This document shows, one piece after another, positions 49,201 to 58,575 of a stretch of 64,000 bases of DNA. The notes beneath the pieces were generated by a model. The model did not search any database. It had not been told where the DNA came from and saw only the letters and a program-made list of their open reading frames with translations. Each line of letters begins with the position of its first letter. Positions within the stretch are counted from its first letter, which is position 1. The DNA is from an uncultured candidate division WWE3 bacterium. GTDB lineage: Bacteria; Patescibacteriota; WWE3; UBA101185; UBA10185. The position numbers and the translations under genes were made by a program. Location: NCBI GenBank assembly GCA_903879985.1, contig CAIRNR010000007.1, positions 280,079 to 344,078 on the forward strand, read 5' to 3'.

Positions 49201-49385
49201 TCTGGATTATTTAAAAATTGGTTAACGTAAATCTTTTTTCCTGTGTTGAAGTTGTCTAAAACGATAACGCGTGCCTTATTTGCAAGTAATGCTTCGACAA
49301 TATGAGAGCCAATAAACCCGGCACCACCTGAAATAAGTACAGTTGGGGTCAGCGCAGATTTTTTTATAGATTGTCTTTTAAGCAT
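46260..49385 (-). CDS. Fusion: NAD-dependent epimerase/decarboxylase-like domain + TM + DUF4012-type extracellular domain
   Basis: SGGAGFIG, HLAG, EAKRFAE, VYGPRM in the N-terminal ~325 aa; TM near 425-450; FQNSNELRPTGGFIG, LRNSNWDPDF, NVGGTKAN, QKQPG. Confidence 0.85.
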   Translation of the reverse strand: MLKRQSIKKSALTPTVLISGGAGFIGSHIVEALLANKARVIVLDNFNTGKKIYVNQFLNNPDFALYDVDINQGIPEEIESVDYVMHLAGLEEYSFSKELINLDSLLTNSLGTKNLLDLVNKSNGKFLLVSTMDVYQGRMSQQDMEKYFGHSGMEDNKFSLTEAKRFAEAVAWEYFKKNDTDVRIVRLPEVYGPRMSLDSSGNLGSFLKDLIEGHNVTIYGEGFEREYYLYVADAVSGLFKALFNQDTKGGIYSLVPGEQLSVLELAYVVKSLADGGVDVQFKPRLTDAMPQAALPNTASLKELNWFSKVTLKEGIIKTLQWFGYTPNENTFKPGKYIQQKQESKQKASAAELFTLQNAKASEIFTAQPVPSNAPTWPAAVPPIAPKLESKQPINKFKFSLSSLFSIFKRTNAPIFTKKVSLVQKILMYFLYGFSITFAAFVVFVAAPSFLAYRSATSGIASLQKLQDSALGLKADDISKASLGAAEDFTSARRYLHSLQWLFNVAGKQKTFSTYDKSLSSLAYFSKSAQSISTAVKPLQALWEVVRPDSTATLDPLTFENAQLEIANAKNYINLAQADAQYIDANDVPVKYRDKVEFYKNSLGGMGTNLNLLNSLVAELPQLLGSDTQKKYLVWFQNSNELRPTGGFIGSYGILTFDKGKLKDLVIDDIYNPDGQITLRGVNVKSPEPIAKFLGEKQLFLRNSNWDPDFTKSAQTFDDLYYKVTGVKMDGYVSLDLSFVQNILKVTGPVFLAAYNEEINADNLYERAQLHSDFNYKDGSDQKRSFLTVLGSKLLEKLFALKQDATPNLLTAINTSLTERHLAVYLTNNPLSLVLKDKKWDGSLVQTDGDYLNVVNANVGGTKANYYVKNKLLYEVNSLTRDGLLRANLYLDYQHTGTSDAWPAGPYTDYVRVIVQNGSKITGAKLIFDGTTETDIFKDVVVSTEGNYTVFETSFKLLTGKSARLIFSYDLPTNFSITSTQKDYKLYWQKQPGTNGDEFQFVFNPPFGMHVMSSSSNLSVDKDTVYKSGILQEDSLYNVSLY

Positions 49386-49482
49386 TAGGGCAGTTTCGGT
49401 AATTAATTCCTATCAATAAGTATAGACAAAAGGTATACTCAATTACAACTACTTTTTGCCCGTGTTGTAATATAATTAATAC

Positions 49483-50088
49483 ATGGAACTCAAGGAAATT
49501 ACTAAAAAACTTATAGCTAATAAAAAAACCCTATGCATAGCAGCATTTATCGGCTTATTGCTGGGATTTCTACTTAATGTCTTACCTCATAATTATTCGA
49601 TAGAAGGCTCATTTTTTGTAAAAAGAACGGCGGAAGCTCCAAACACACAAGTTTTCACATACGAGGGCTACTATAGCCAACAGACAGCGCTTGCGTACAC
49701 AAATAGCGTAATTGCTTTACTCGAAAGTACGGATTTACTAAAAGAAACCTTAACAAATTTGCAAATTCCCGTAACGGAAACCACCTTAAGAAAGTTTAGT
49801 AAAAATATTGACGTAAAAAAAGCTGGACCACAAGTTATTACCTTAACGGTAAAAGACAAAAATCCCACCTCCGGACAAGCTTTATGGAACGAAATGGCCA
49901 ATGTGTTAAATAAAACTACAAATGACGTAAATGCAAAGGGCGATCCAAACTTAAGTGTTTCTAAAATACTTGATCAACCAGTCGTAAAAGAACCATATAA
50001 CCCACTAGCATTATATTTACTTGGCGGGTTATGCTTCGGACTACTTTTAGGCGCGTTTTATATTACTTTAAAGGAATATTCAAAATGA
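49483..50088 (+). CDS. Wzz/CpsC (YveK)-like polysaccharide chain-length regulator
   Basis: MELKEI N-terminus, N- and C-terminal TMs, P..P...GL..GL..G motif. Confidence 0.7.
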   Translation: MELKEITKKLIANKKTLCIAAFIGLLLGFLLNVLPHNYSIEGSFFVKRTAEAPNTQVFTYEGYYSQQTALAYTNSVIALLESTDLLKETLTNLQIPVTETTLRKFSKNIDVKKAGPQVITLTVKDKNPTSGQALWNEMANVLNKTTNDVNAKGDPNLSVSKILDQPVVKEPYNPLALYLLGGLCFGLLLGAFYITLKEYSK

Positions 50089-50480
50089 TAATAAATACCG
50101 ACGGTGGATCCAGAGGAAATCCCGGACCATCAGCTATTGGAATTGTAATAAGAGACAACACAGGTACTGTTGTTAAAGAAATAGGAAAATACATTGGTGT
50201 AGGAACAAACAATGAAGCCGAATACAAAGCTTTAGTTCTTGGCATAGAAACAGTTATTGAAAAAGGTGAAAAAGATTTACAGTGCTATTTAGACAGTGAA
50301 CTTGTTGTAAATCAACTTACGGGCAAATATAAAGTCAAAAATATGGAACTCAAAAAGTTTTGGGATCAAATCAAAATTTTGGAAAAGAAACTGGAAAAAA
50401 TTGAATATACCCACGTTAGAAGAGAAAAGAATAAAGAAGCAGATGCTATAGTAAACCAAGTACTAGATTCAACACACTAA
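50085..50480 (+). CDS. rnhA: Ribonuclease HI
   Basis: TDGGSRGNPG, TNNEAEY, LDSELV, HVRREKN.EAD; ATGA overlap with upstream gene. Confidence 0.92.
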   Translation: MIINTDGGSRGNPGPSAIGIVIRDNTGTVVKEIGKYIGVGTNNEAEYKALVLGIETVIEKGEKDLQCYLDSELVVNQLTGKYKVKNMELKKFWDQIKILEKKLEKIEYTHVRREKNKEADAIVNQVLDSTH

Positions 50481-50486
50481 AATAAA

Positions 50487-51365
50487 ATGGATGAACACAA
50501 ATACGAGAACGAGTGCAAAGAAGCTATTTTAAAAACACTCGCCTATCGATCAGTATTTAAATACCCTCTTAGCTTTTACCAAATGGCAACGTTTTTGATG
50601 TCTCCAAGGGAATTTTCAACACAAGAAATTAAGGAATCCGCAAACAAACTTATTCAAGAAAGCATTATTAAAAGAAAATATAAAAAATACATCTTGTGCA
50701 AAAATAATTACGTAAACTGGCAACATAAATATCAACACTCCATAGAAGTTATCAAAAAAAATCAAAAGTACTTTGATATCTTGGCAAAAATACCTTGGAT
50801 AAAAATGATTTGCGTTACCGGTTCAGTTGCCGCTTGCAATGCTGAAAAAGAAACAGATATAGATGTCTTGATTGTGGCAAGTAAAAATAGGTTATGGTTA
50901 ACTCGAGGTTTTACAGCACTAATACTTACTATTTTAAATAAACAGCCTTTTGGAGGCGAAGAAGTTCCGGGAAGCATTTGCACCAACATTTTTATGGAAG
51001 AGTCACAACTTGAGTGGGAAGAAAAAAAACAAAATGTATACACAGCAACAGATATTGTTTTAATGCAGCCAGTAATTAACAAAGGAAATACTTATTTTGA
51101 ATTTATTAGAGAAAATAAATGGATATTTAAGTTTTATAAGAACTTCGTCGTAGATATCGCGGAAACCCCAACACGAAATAGGCGTCCAAGCCACTTGATA
51201 AACAGATTGGAAGATACCGCAAGGGAAATTCAGTTGATGTACATGAAAAAGAAAAAAACAGTAGAAATTACCACAAAGCATTTAATTCATTTTAATAAGC
51301 ACGATAGTACAGGTAAGGTTTTGAATAATTATAAAAAGGTTTTGGCTCAGCTGAAGATTTCCTAA
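50487..51365 (+). CDS. Pol-beta-superfamily nucleotidyltransferase-domain protein
   Basis: VTGSVA...DIDVLIV, RLWLTR, ICTN. Confidence 0.7.
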   Translation: MDEHKYENECKEAILKTLAYRSVFKYPLSFYQMATFLMSPREFSTQEIKESANKLIQESIIKRKYKKYILCKNNYVNWQHKYQHSIEVIKKNQKYFDILAKIPWIKMICVTGSVAACNAEKETDIDVLIVASKNRLWLTRGFTALILTILNKQPFGGEEVPGSICTNIFMEESQLEWEEKKQNVYTATDIVLMQPVINKGNTYFEFIRENKWIFKFYKNFVVDIAETPTRNRRPSHLINRLEDTAREIQLMYMKKKKTVEITTKHLIHFNKHDSTGKVLNNYKKVLAQLKIS

Positions 51366-51370
51366 AGAAC

Positions 51371-51400
51371 TAAAAGAAAAGGACCCCGCAGGGTCCCGTT
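51371..51400 (-). terminator. Intrinsic terminator of groL
   Basis: GGACCC-TGCG-GGGTCC followed by TTTTCTTTT on the - strand. Confidence 0.75.
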
Positions 51401-51432
51401 CCTTTTTAAAAACATTCTCAAAAAACCAAAGG

Positions 51433-53088
51433 CTACATCATATCTTCCATGCCGCCCATTCCACCCATACCTGCACCAGCGCCTGGCATTGGTGATTCTT
51501 TCTTTGGAGCATCAGCAACCAAACATTCGGTTGTTAAAATCATAATCGCGGCGGAAGCTGAATTTTCCAAAGCACTTCTGATAACTTTGGCCGGATCAAT
51601 TATTCCGTCAGCAACCATATCAACGTAAGTCATTTTTACAACATTAAAACCAATGTTTGAGTTCTTTTGTTCTTCGGCTTTGCGTTCGACTTCGGCAAGG
51701 ACTCTTCCGGCATCAGCACCACTATTTTGAATAAGAGTTCTGATTGGTTTTTCAAGTGCGGATTTTAAGATTGAAGCACCCGTACCTTCATCGCCTTCAA
51801 GTTTTAAGGCATCAATGGCTTTAGCCAATTTAAGATAGGTAACACCACCACCTGCAACAATTCCTTCTTCGACTGCAGCTTTTGTAGCGTTAACAGCATC
51901 TTCAACCCTAAGCTTAAGTTCTTTTAACTCAGCTTCGGTGGCAGCACCAACTTTTATTACGGCAACACCGCCTGATAACTTAGCCAAGCGTTCAGCCAAT
52001 TTTTCTTTATCGTAACTGGATGTTGTAGTATCAAGTTGAGCCTGAATTTGTTTTACACGATCCTTAATTCCTTTTTCGTCACCTTTTCCGCCAATAATTG
52101 TTGTGCTGTCTTTATCTGAAACAACTCTTTCAGCGCGACCTAAGTCATCGATTGTTACAGAATCCAATTTACGACCTGTATCTGAACTCACAAATGTAGC
52201 ACCACTAAGGATGGCGATATCTTCTAACATAGATTTTCGTCTATCACCAAATCCTGGAGCTTTAACTGCTAAAACGTTTAAAACACCACGAAGTTTGTTA
52301 ACTACTAAAGTAGCTTGTGCTTCACCGTCAACGTCATCGGCAATGATTACTAAGTTCTTTGAAACTTTAACCAAACCTTCGAGCATTGGTAACAATTCAG
52401 ACATGCTGGAAATCTTAGAATCCGTTATTAACAAATAAGGATCTTCGATTATTGCTTCCATACGTTCAGAGTTTGTAACAAAGTAAGGTGAAGAATAACC
52501 TTTATCAAATTGCATTCCTTCTTTGTATTCCAGTTCAATGTCAAAACCTTTTGACTCGTCAATTGTGATAACACCCGCATCTCCAACTTTTTCCATAGCA
52601 TCGGCAATTAATTTACCAATAGCTTCATTTTGTGCAGAAATAGTTGCAACTTGTGTCTTTTCTTCTTTACTGGAAATTTTCTTTGATAAGTTTTTAACTT
52701 CGGCAACAGCGGCATCAACAGCTTTTTCTAATCCTTTACGGATCATCATGGCGTTTGCACCGGCTGAAATATTTCTCAAACCTGCGTCGACCATAGCCTG
52801 AGCCAAAATTGTTGCGGTAGTAGTTCCGTCACCTGCGACATCGTTTGTTTTTGATGAAGCTTCTTTTACAATTTGAGCGCCCATGTTTTCGAATACGTCT
52901 TCAAGTTCTATTTCTTTTGCAACAGTTACACCATCGTGGACAACACTTGGTGTTCCATAACTTTTTGCCAAAGCAACATTTCCACCTTTTGGACCTAATG
53001 TTGTAGCAACTGCACGAGCCAAGATATCAACTCCGGCTTTTAATTTTGTTCTTGCGGCATCACCGTATATTATTTTTTTAGCTGACAT
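51433..53088 (-). CDS. groL: Chaperonin GroEL
   Basis: [27 protein letters not shown] tail; SD AGGAGG. Confidence 0.98.
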   Translation of the reverse strand: MSAKKIIYGDAARTKLKAGVDILARAVATTLGPKGGNVALAKSYGTPSVVHDGVTVAKEIELEDVFENMGAQIVKEASSKTNDVAGDGTTTATILAQAMVDAGLRNISAGANAMMIRKGLEKAVDAAVAEVKNLSKKISSKEEKTQVATISAQNEAIGKLIADAMEKVGDAGVITIDESKGFDIELEYKEGMQFDKGYSSPYFVTNSERMEAIIEDPYLLITDSKISSMSELLPMLEGLVKVSKNLVIIADDVDGEAQATLVVNKLRGVLNVLAVKAPGFGDRRKSMLEDIAILSGATFVSSDTGRKLDSVTIDDLGRAERVVSDKDSTTIIGGKGDEKGIKDRVKQIQAQLDTTTSSYDKEKLAERLAKLSGGVAVIKVGAATEAELKELKLRVEDAVNATKAAVEEGIVAGGGVTYLKLAKAIDALKLEGDEGTGASILKSALEKPIRTLIQNSGADAGRVLAEVERKAEEQKNSNIGFNVVKMTYVDMVADGIIDPAKVIRSALENSASAAIMILTTECLVADAPKKESPMPGAGAGMGGMGGMEDMM

Positions 53089-53099
53089 AAAAATCCTCC

Positions 53100-53402
53100 T
53101 TAATTTTCCACGACGGCAATAATATCCTCTTCTTTTACAAGAAGCATATCTTTGCCTTCAACTTTAATTTCAGTTCCGCCCCATTTTTTATACATAACAA
53201 TATCCCCAACTTTAATTTCTAAAGGGATACGATTTCCTTTGTCATCGCGTTTACCGGAACCAACTGCTACAACTTTACCTTCTTGAGGCTTTTCTTTGGC
53301 CATATCCGGAATAACTATTCCCGATGGGAGGGTAGTTTCTTTTTGTACTGGTTCAACCAATACGTTGTCGGATAATGGTTTTATTTTTCCTAATGCTGCC
53401 AT
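53100..53402 (-). CDS. groS: Co-chaperonin GroES
   Basis: [29 protein letters not shown]; SD AAGGAGG. Confidence 0.98.
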   Translation of the reverse strand: MAALGKIKPLSDNVLVEPVQKETTLPSGIVIPDMAKEKPQEGKVVAVGSGKRDDKGNRIPLEIKVGDIVMYKKWGGTEIKVEGKDMLLVKEEDIIAVVEN

Positions 53403-53454
53403 ATAATCCTCCTTCGAGCTTGTGCTCGTGCCAGTACTTGCTGGCTAAAAATAA

Positions 53455-55272
53455 TTAATTAAATTTTGCGTAAATTCGTAACTTACCGTCACCTATATTT
53501 TCTTGTTTATAAATCTTAATCGGACGTAATTGTGATGTGTTTTCAACATGAGGACCTCCACAAAGTTCCTTGCTGTAAGCGTTCTCAATTGTATCACCTA
53601 CAAAATATACCTTTACATCTTCAGGATAAGTTTCGGTTGGAATAAATAATGCGCCCTTTGCCTTTGCTTCCGCTTGAGGAAGAACTACAAATTTTACAGG
53701 TAACTTTTCAGAGATTTTTTCGTTAACAATATTTTCAACTTGTGCAATTTGTTCTTCAGTCATTTTTGTAGAGTTAGGAAAGTCAAAGCGTAAACGTTCC
53801 CCTGTAATGTTGCTTCCCAATTGTCGCACGTGATCACCTACCACAGTTTTTAAAGCGCGCTGTAACAAATGAGTTGTTGTGTGATATTTAACAACTTCCT
53901 CACTTTGATCAGCAAGGCCACCTTTAAACTTTTGTTCTGCGCCGGCTCGTGATTTTTCTTGATGTTCTTTTTGAATATTATTAAAAGTAGCTTCAACGTC
54001 TTTTATATTTACACTTAGTTTTTTATCGCGTAAATCTTCTAAAAAGATTTCCAGAGGATAACCTAATGATTGGTAAGCGGTAAATGCGGCAGTCGCCAAA
54101 GCTTCAACACTATTAATATCTACTTTTTGTAAAACTCGTTCAACTTCTCTACTTCCGTTTTCAAGAGTTTTTCTAAACTTCTCTTCTTCACCTGCAAATA
54201 TTTGTTCTATTTGTGCTTGTTTTGTAACAAGTTCTGGATATAGCCAAGAGATTGTATTTATAACGACACCAACCAAGGCTACAGAAATGTTTTCGGTGAT
54301 TCCAAGCTTTCGTCCTGATCTAATCATTCGGCGCAAGATTCTTCGCAATAAGTAACCTTGATCTTTGTTGCTTGGCATAACTCCGTCCATCGCTAAAAGT
54401 GTCGATGCGCGCATATGATCAGCAATTATTCTCATGGCTCTAGTTGTTTCAGGAGAATGTCTGTAATTTAAACCGGTAATTTCAACTATTTTTTCTATAA
54501 TCGGCCAAAATGTGTCTGTTTCAAAAATATCTTGCTTACCTTGCTCAATCATGGCCATGCGTTCCATACCGCCACCAAAATCAACATTCTTTTGGGCTAA
54601 AGGTTCCCAACCATTCTCAGTTTTTTTGTATTGCATAAAAACCGAGTTACCTAGTTCCAAAAATTGATCTTCGTTATCAATAAGGTTCTTTTCACCACGA
54701 GGTTCATCACCTATATAGTAGTGAATTTCCGAGTCTGGCCCGCCAAGTTCACCAACGGCGTCACCTCTTTGCCACCAGTTTTTATCGCGACCACATGCAA
54801 ATATTTTTTCGTCTTCTTTGGCATCAATTCCACGCTTTGCAAAAATCCCCTTAATAAGTTCAATTGATTCGGTATCCTTTGGTGCAAATTCATCTCCGAC
54901 AAAAACAGTTGGAAACATCTTTGCAGGATCTAAACCTAATACGTCTATTAAAAATTCGTAAACCCAAGGCAACTGTTCTTGCTTAAAGTAGTCATTCAAA
55001 GACCAGTTACCAATCATGTGAAAAGCTAAAGTGTGAACAGCATCACCGATTTCTTCAACATCCTCGAGCCTTAAAGCTCTTTGAACATTTACAAGTCTAC
55101 TGCCTAATGGATGAGATTCTCCAGTTAAATAAGGAACAAGCGGAAACATTCCTGAATTTACGAATAGTAAAGTTGAATCGCCTTCAGGCACAAGTGATAC
55201 GTTGGGTATTTGTTTATGCCCACGTTCCTTATAAAAGCTTAAATATTTTTCGAGTAGTTCCTTTGTGGTCAT
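53455..55272 (-). CDS. alaS: Alanine--tRNA ligase (605 aa, no C-Ala domain)
   Basis: LLFVNSGM, FHMIGNWS..DYFK, DFGGGMER, ADHMR, editing motifs HTTTH and CGGPH. Confidence 0.95.
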   Translation of the reverse strand: MTTKELLEKYLSFYKERGHKQIPNVSLVPEGDSTLLFVNSGMFPLVPYLTGESHPLGSRLVNVQRALRLEDVEEIGDAVHTLAFHMIGNWSLNDYFKQEQLPWVYEFLIDVLGLDPAKMFPTVFVGDEFAPKDTESIELIKGIFAKRGIDAKEDEKIFACGRDKNWWQRGDAVGELGGPDSEIHYYIGDEPRGEKNLIDNEDQFLELGNSVFMQYKKTENGWEPLAQKNVDFGGGMERMAMIEQGKQDIFETDTFWPIIEKIVEITGLNYRHSPETTRAMRIIADHMRASTLLAMDGVMPSNKDQGYLLRRILRRMIRSGRKLGITENISVALVGVVINTISWLYPELVTKQAQIEQIFAGEEEKFRKTLENGSREVERVLQKVDINSVEALATAAFTAYQSLGYPLEIFLEDLRDKKLSVNIKDVEATFNNIQKEHQEKSRAGAEQKFKGGLADQSEEVVKYHTTTHLLQRALKTVVGDHVRQLGSNITGERLRFDFPNSTKMTEEQIAQVENIVNEKISEKLPVKFVVLPQAEAKAKGALFIPTETYPEDVKVYFVGDTIENAYSKELCGGPHVENTSQLRPIKIYKQENIGDGKLRIYAKFN

Positions 55273-55288
55273 GTTTTTAATAAATCTT

Positions 55289-55362
55289 TGGAGGTCTGGG
55301 TGGGAATCGAACCCACGATAAGGGTTTTGCAGACCCTTGCCTTACCACTTGGCGACCAGACC
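55289..55362 (-). tRNA. tRNA-Cys (GCA)
   Basis: GGTCTGG/CCAGACC acceptor stem, anticodon loop CT-GCA-AA, GTTCGATTC, U discriminator plus CCA. Confidence 0.95.
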
Positions 55363-55471
55363 GTGTGCAACTATTTTAGCAAATAATGTCAAAAATACGA
55401 CCAGAAAAACCGCGTATACCCCAGCTATTGTTGCCATTTTACCATCTCCGTGCTAACTTAAATATAATCTC

Positions 55472-56650
55472 ATGTCAGTATCTACTATAGCTACAAAGCA
55501 AAATTCTATACCTACTTTTATTACTTATGGCCTTGGAATAATCGGCATAGGCTTGGTTGTTTTTTTCGGCGGCGAAGTCATAAAAAACATAGATAATCTC
55601 AAGGGAAAAGCAGGTGTTAGTATTCAGGCAACAAATGCTGATGCCGATATTTATATTAACGATAAATTTGTTGGTAAAACACCTTACGAAGCTACAAATA
55701 TAAAACCGGGTCAAAATAAGGTCGCGGTAAAAACTGCCGACAGAGAATATCAAACAACAATTGACTTTTTATCAAACAGTAACAACCTTTTACATGTAGT
55801 AGGCATAGTAAGAGATCTTGGTGTTTCCGATAATTTTTCCTCAGGCCAAGACTTTTGGTTTGAAAAAGATGACTCCGGAAATGTTTTAAGAGTTATTACA
55901 GAACCTCCTCAGGCTAAAGTTTTTTTGGACGGCGCTGAGATAGGCACTTCTCCATTCTTAAAAGGAAATGTTAGTGAAGGCGATTATGAATTAAAAGTGA
56001 CCTTACCCGGATATGAAACTCAAACCACCAGAATCAACATTAAAAAAGGATATGTATTGAACGCATCAACTAAATTATTTCCAATGCCAATTCCTCAGCC
56101 AGTTTCTGCACTTACAAGCGCAGGAAACTTTTACGATCTATCCACCGATAACGATGTTGTTGCGTCCGACACACAGAGTTGGGTTAAAGCTATTATTTAC
56201 TGGAATAAAACTCGTGGAATTAATGTTGATAACGTCGGCGACAACAAAGGTTTAATTTTTGATTTCTACCTTGATTACAAAGGAAATATGTTCAATGCCG
56301 ACGGAAATCCTGTTACAACAACCGCGGATATGGCAGCACTTAAAAACTATAAAAAGGGCGCGTATCTCGGAAAAAAAGCTGACGGTGGTTTAAGTTCACA
56401 AGCTAAAGATGCCTTAACAACACTTTTAGGATCAGCAGCAGCCATCGGGGGTAAACAAGCCACAATTAAAGCCACACCGACCGGCTGGCTACGTGTTAGA
56501 GACAATCCCACATTATCCGGTGTTGAAGTAACCAGAGTCGATACAGGGGGTTCCTACCTCGTTGAAGAAGAGAAAACAGGTTGGGTTAAAATTAAAATAT
56601 CAGATACTGTTGAAGGCTGGGTTTCATCCGACTACGTAACAATAAAATAA
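55472..56650 (+). CDS. PEGA-domain surface protein with C-terminal bacterial SH3 domain
   Basis: Two PEGA-like repeats (IYIND..VGKTP; VFLDG..IGTSP), WLRVR..P, GWVKI, GWVS.DYV. Confidence 0.85.
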   Translation: MSVSTIATKQNSIPTFITYGLGIIGIGLVVFFGGEVIKNIDNLKGKAGVSIQATNADADIYINDKFVGKTPYEATNIKPGQNKVAVKTADREYQTTIDFLSNSNNLLHVVGIVRDLGVSDNFSSGQDFWFEKDDSGNVLRVITEPPQAKVFLDGAEIGTSPFLKGNVSEGDYELKVTLPGYETQTTRINIKKGYVLNASTKLFPMPIPQPVSALTSAGNFYDLSTDNDVVASDTQSWVKAIIYWNKTRGINVDNVGDNKGLIFDFYLDYKGNMFNADGNPVTTTADMAALKNYKKGAYLGKKADGGLSSQAKDALTTLLGSAAAIGGKQATIKATPTGWLRVRDNPTLSGVEVTRVDTGGSYLVEEEKTGWVKIKISDTVEGWVSSDYVTIK

Positions 56651-56655
56651 CTCAG

Positions 56656-57264
56656 CTACTTTAAAGAAGCATTCCAATCTAACAAATCAGGTCTTAACAC
56701 TTTAACTTGTGCTACCGTATCGTTAAAGTCATCAATTAATCCCAGCTTTTTTTCGTACTTTGCTACTAACACTAAAACTCCTGCATCATTTTTGTAACGT
56801 AACTTGGCCATATCTAAAAAGTTTTTCGTTGTAGGCAGATATGTTTCATCTGTTTTAGTTCCGGCACCACCTGAAGCAGAAAGATCCAAAGCCAAAAAAT
56901 AATACAAAGGAACTTCGTTTCGGATCGTAACTAAATTATTTGGATTCAATGTATAAGCGTCTTCAAGGTATTGAATAACTTTAATTTTATTTGCATCAAC
57001 AGTTTCCTTATCTTTTCCAAGAGAACTTAAAATATAAGCTTTAGCCAAAACCCGCTGATAGTTTGCTTCAAAAGGATTTAAGAAAGCAGCTTCTTTAGCA
57101 TCCTTTAACCCTTCACTATAATAACCGGTCGACAATTCTTCATCGGCACTACCTAAGTAACCATCTGCACTATATAAGCGCAAATAAACCCACGTACTCA
57201 CAAAAAAGCTTACCCAAATAACAGTTAATAAAATTGGTTTTCTAAATTCTTTTATAAAATTCAT
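56656..57264 (-). CDS. Membrane-anchored TPR-like protein
   Basis: TM, YSAD..., A..LNP repeats; ATGA-coupled to the ligase gene. Confidence 0.65.
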   Translation of the reverse strand: MNFIKEFRKPILLTVIWVSFFVSTWVYLRLYSADGYLGSADEELSTGYYSEGLKDAKEAAFLNPFEANYQRVLAKAYILSSLGKDKETVDANKIKVIQYLEDAYTLNPNNLVTIRNEVPLYYFLALDLSASGGAGTKTDETYLPTTKNFLDMAKLRYKNDAGVLVLVAKYEKKLGLIDDFNDTVAQVKVLRPDLLDWNASLK

Positions 57265-58544
57265 AATTCAGCATTCCTTTCGGCCAACGCCAGAAAAAGC
57301 CAAAAAAGAATTGCTGTTGAAACTACCGGCCAACCAAAAAAACAAGAAACTAAAAATCCCACAAATCCGGGAATTAATATTTTTGATTTCTTTTTTAAGA
57401 AATTTACGGACAATATCAAATATGCAATCAAACCAATTATTCCTTGCTCAGACAACAACTCTAAATAATAGTTATGAGGTTTATTAAACACAAAATCCCA
57501 TTCGGAAGAATAATTTAATATTAAAGGTCGATATTTTTGAAACTGGTAAGGAAAAGTTTCTGGACCTGTGCCTAATAAAAAGGTCTTTGGACTTGAAGTC
57601 ACCAAAAACCATGTCCCGCGCCAAAGTCCTTCACGAATATAGCCAGCATCAGAAACTTTGTAATCTGCAGGATTCTCTTGAGCATAAACTTCCACTGATG
57701 CCCATACAATTCTCCTTAAGTCCGTCCAAGCGTCGTGGACACGTGATGAAAATATTCCTAGGTTGGTAATAGAAATAAGTCCTGTAATAAGTACGAGGAC
57801 AAAAACTTTCGCTAAGTTGCCCCGTGTAACGTGCGTCTTTCGAACAAACAAAGCAACCAAAAACAACATGCTTGCTGCAAAACCTAAATATCCGGATAAA
57901 GAATACGTTAACCACAAACAAGAAAAACCTGCAAAATACACAGAAACCCAAAATATAAACTTTTCTCTAAAAGCCAAGATCAAAGAAAATGGAATTAACA
58001 TCACCAAATACTGCGCCAGCCAGTTGGGTTGTCCAAATGTTGAAAATACTCGATCGGTCTCGGCAACAAAGTCTGAGCCTGAACCAGAATAATGTTGAGA
58101 AACTCCGTAAAAACCAATGGGTAATATTGTAAGCACAGCAAGCCTCAGCAATATTTTAAAATCTTTTGCGGTCAAAACATTTAGAGAAATAAAATAAAGT
58201 GCTGCGTAGATTAAAGTTGAAATAAGAGCGTCATTAAACCTGGTGTAATAGCCCCAAACAGAAGTATAAACGTGTGTTGAGAAAATTGTTGAAATAATAA
58301 AAGCCAAAACAAATAACAAAACGGGCTTTGAGGGTAAAATCAGTTTACGTGGTTTATTTACAAGTTCCGTTAAAAAAACTGCCAAAGTAAACGTTCCAAC
58401 AATGTAAACAAAAAACATTTTAGGAAATTCAAAAAGTTCATTTGTATTTGTTACAAAAATGAGTGGCGGTAATACAAGCAATAGCGCAAACAGAATTAAA
58501 TATTTATTATTTTTTATTACTTTTATTGACTCATTTAAGCGCAT
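57261..58544 (-). CDS. O-antigen ligase (WaaL/Wzy_C) family protein
   Basis: ELFEFPK, RVFSTFGQPNWLA, GTGPETF, NKPHNYYLE...QGIIG. Confidence 0.88.
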   Translation of the reverse strand: MRLNESIKVIKNNKYLILFALLLVLPPLIFVTNTNELFEFPKMFFVYIVGTFTLAVFLTELVNKPRKLILPSKPVLLFVLAFIISTIFSTHVYTSVWGYYTRFNDALISTLIYAALYFISLNVLTAKDFKILLRLAVLTILPIGFYGVSQHYSGSGSDFVAETDRVFSTFGQPNWLAQYLVMLIPFSLILAFREKFIFWVSVYFAGFSCLWLTYSLSGYLGFAASMLFLVALFVRKTHVTRGNLAKVFVLVLITGLISITNLGIFSSRVHDAWTDLRRIVWASVEVYAQENPADYKVSDAGYIREGLWRGTWFLVTSSPKTFLLGTGPETFPYQFQKYRPLILNYSSEWDFVFNKPHNYYLELLSEQGIIGLIAYLILSVNFLKKKSKILIPGFVGFLVSCFFGWPVVSTAILFWLFLALAERNAEL

Positions 58545-58575
58545 AACTGTATTATATTAGTAGGTTTAATTATAT

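Noticed and set aside
53403-53454. CIRCE operator upstream of groS
   Set aside because: TTAGC is present but the TTAGCACTC-N9-GAGTGCTAA inverted repeat is not
56656-58544. Frameshifted ligase-TPR pseudogene
   Set aside because: The two ORFs join by a clean ATGA overlap and the second has its own N-terminal TM, consistent with coupled genes
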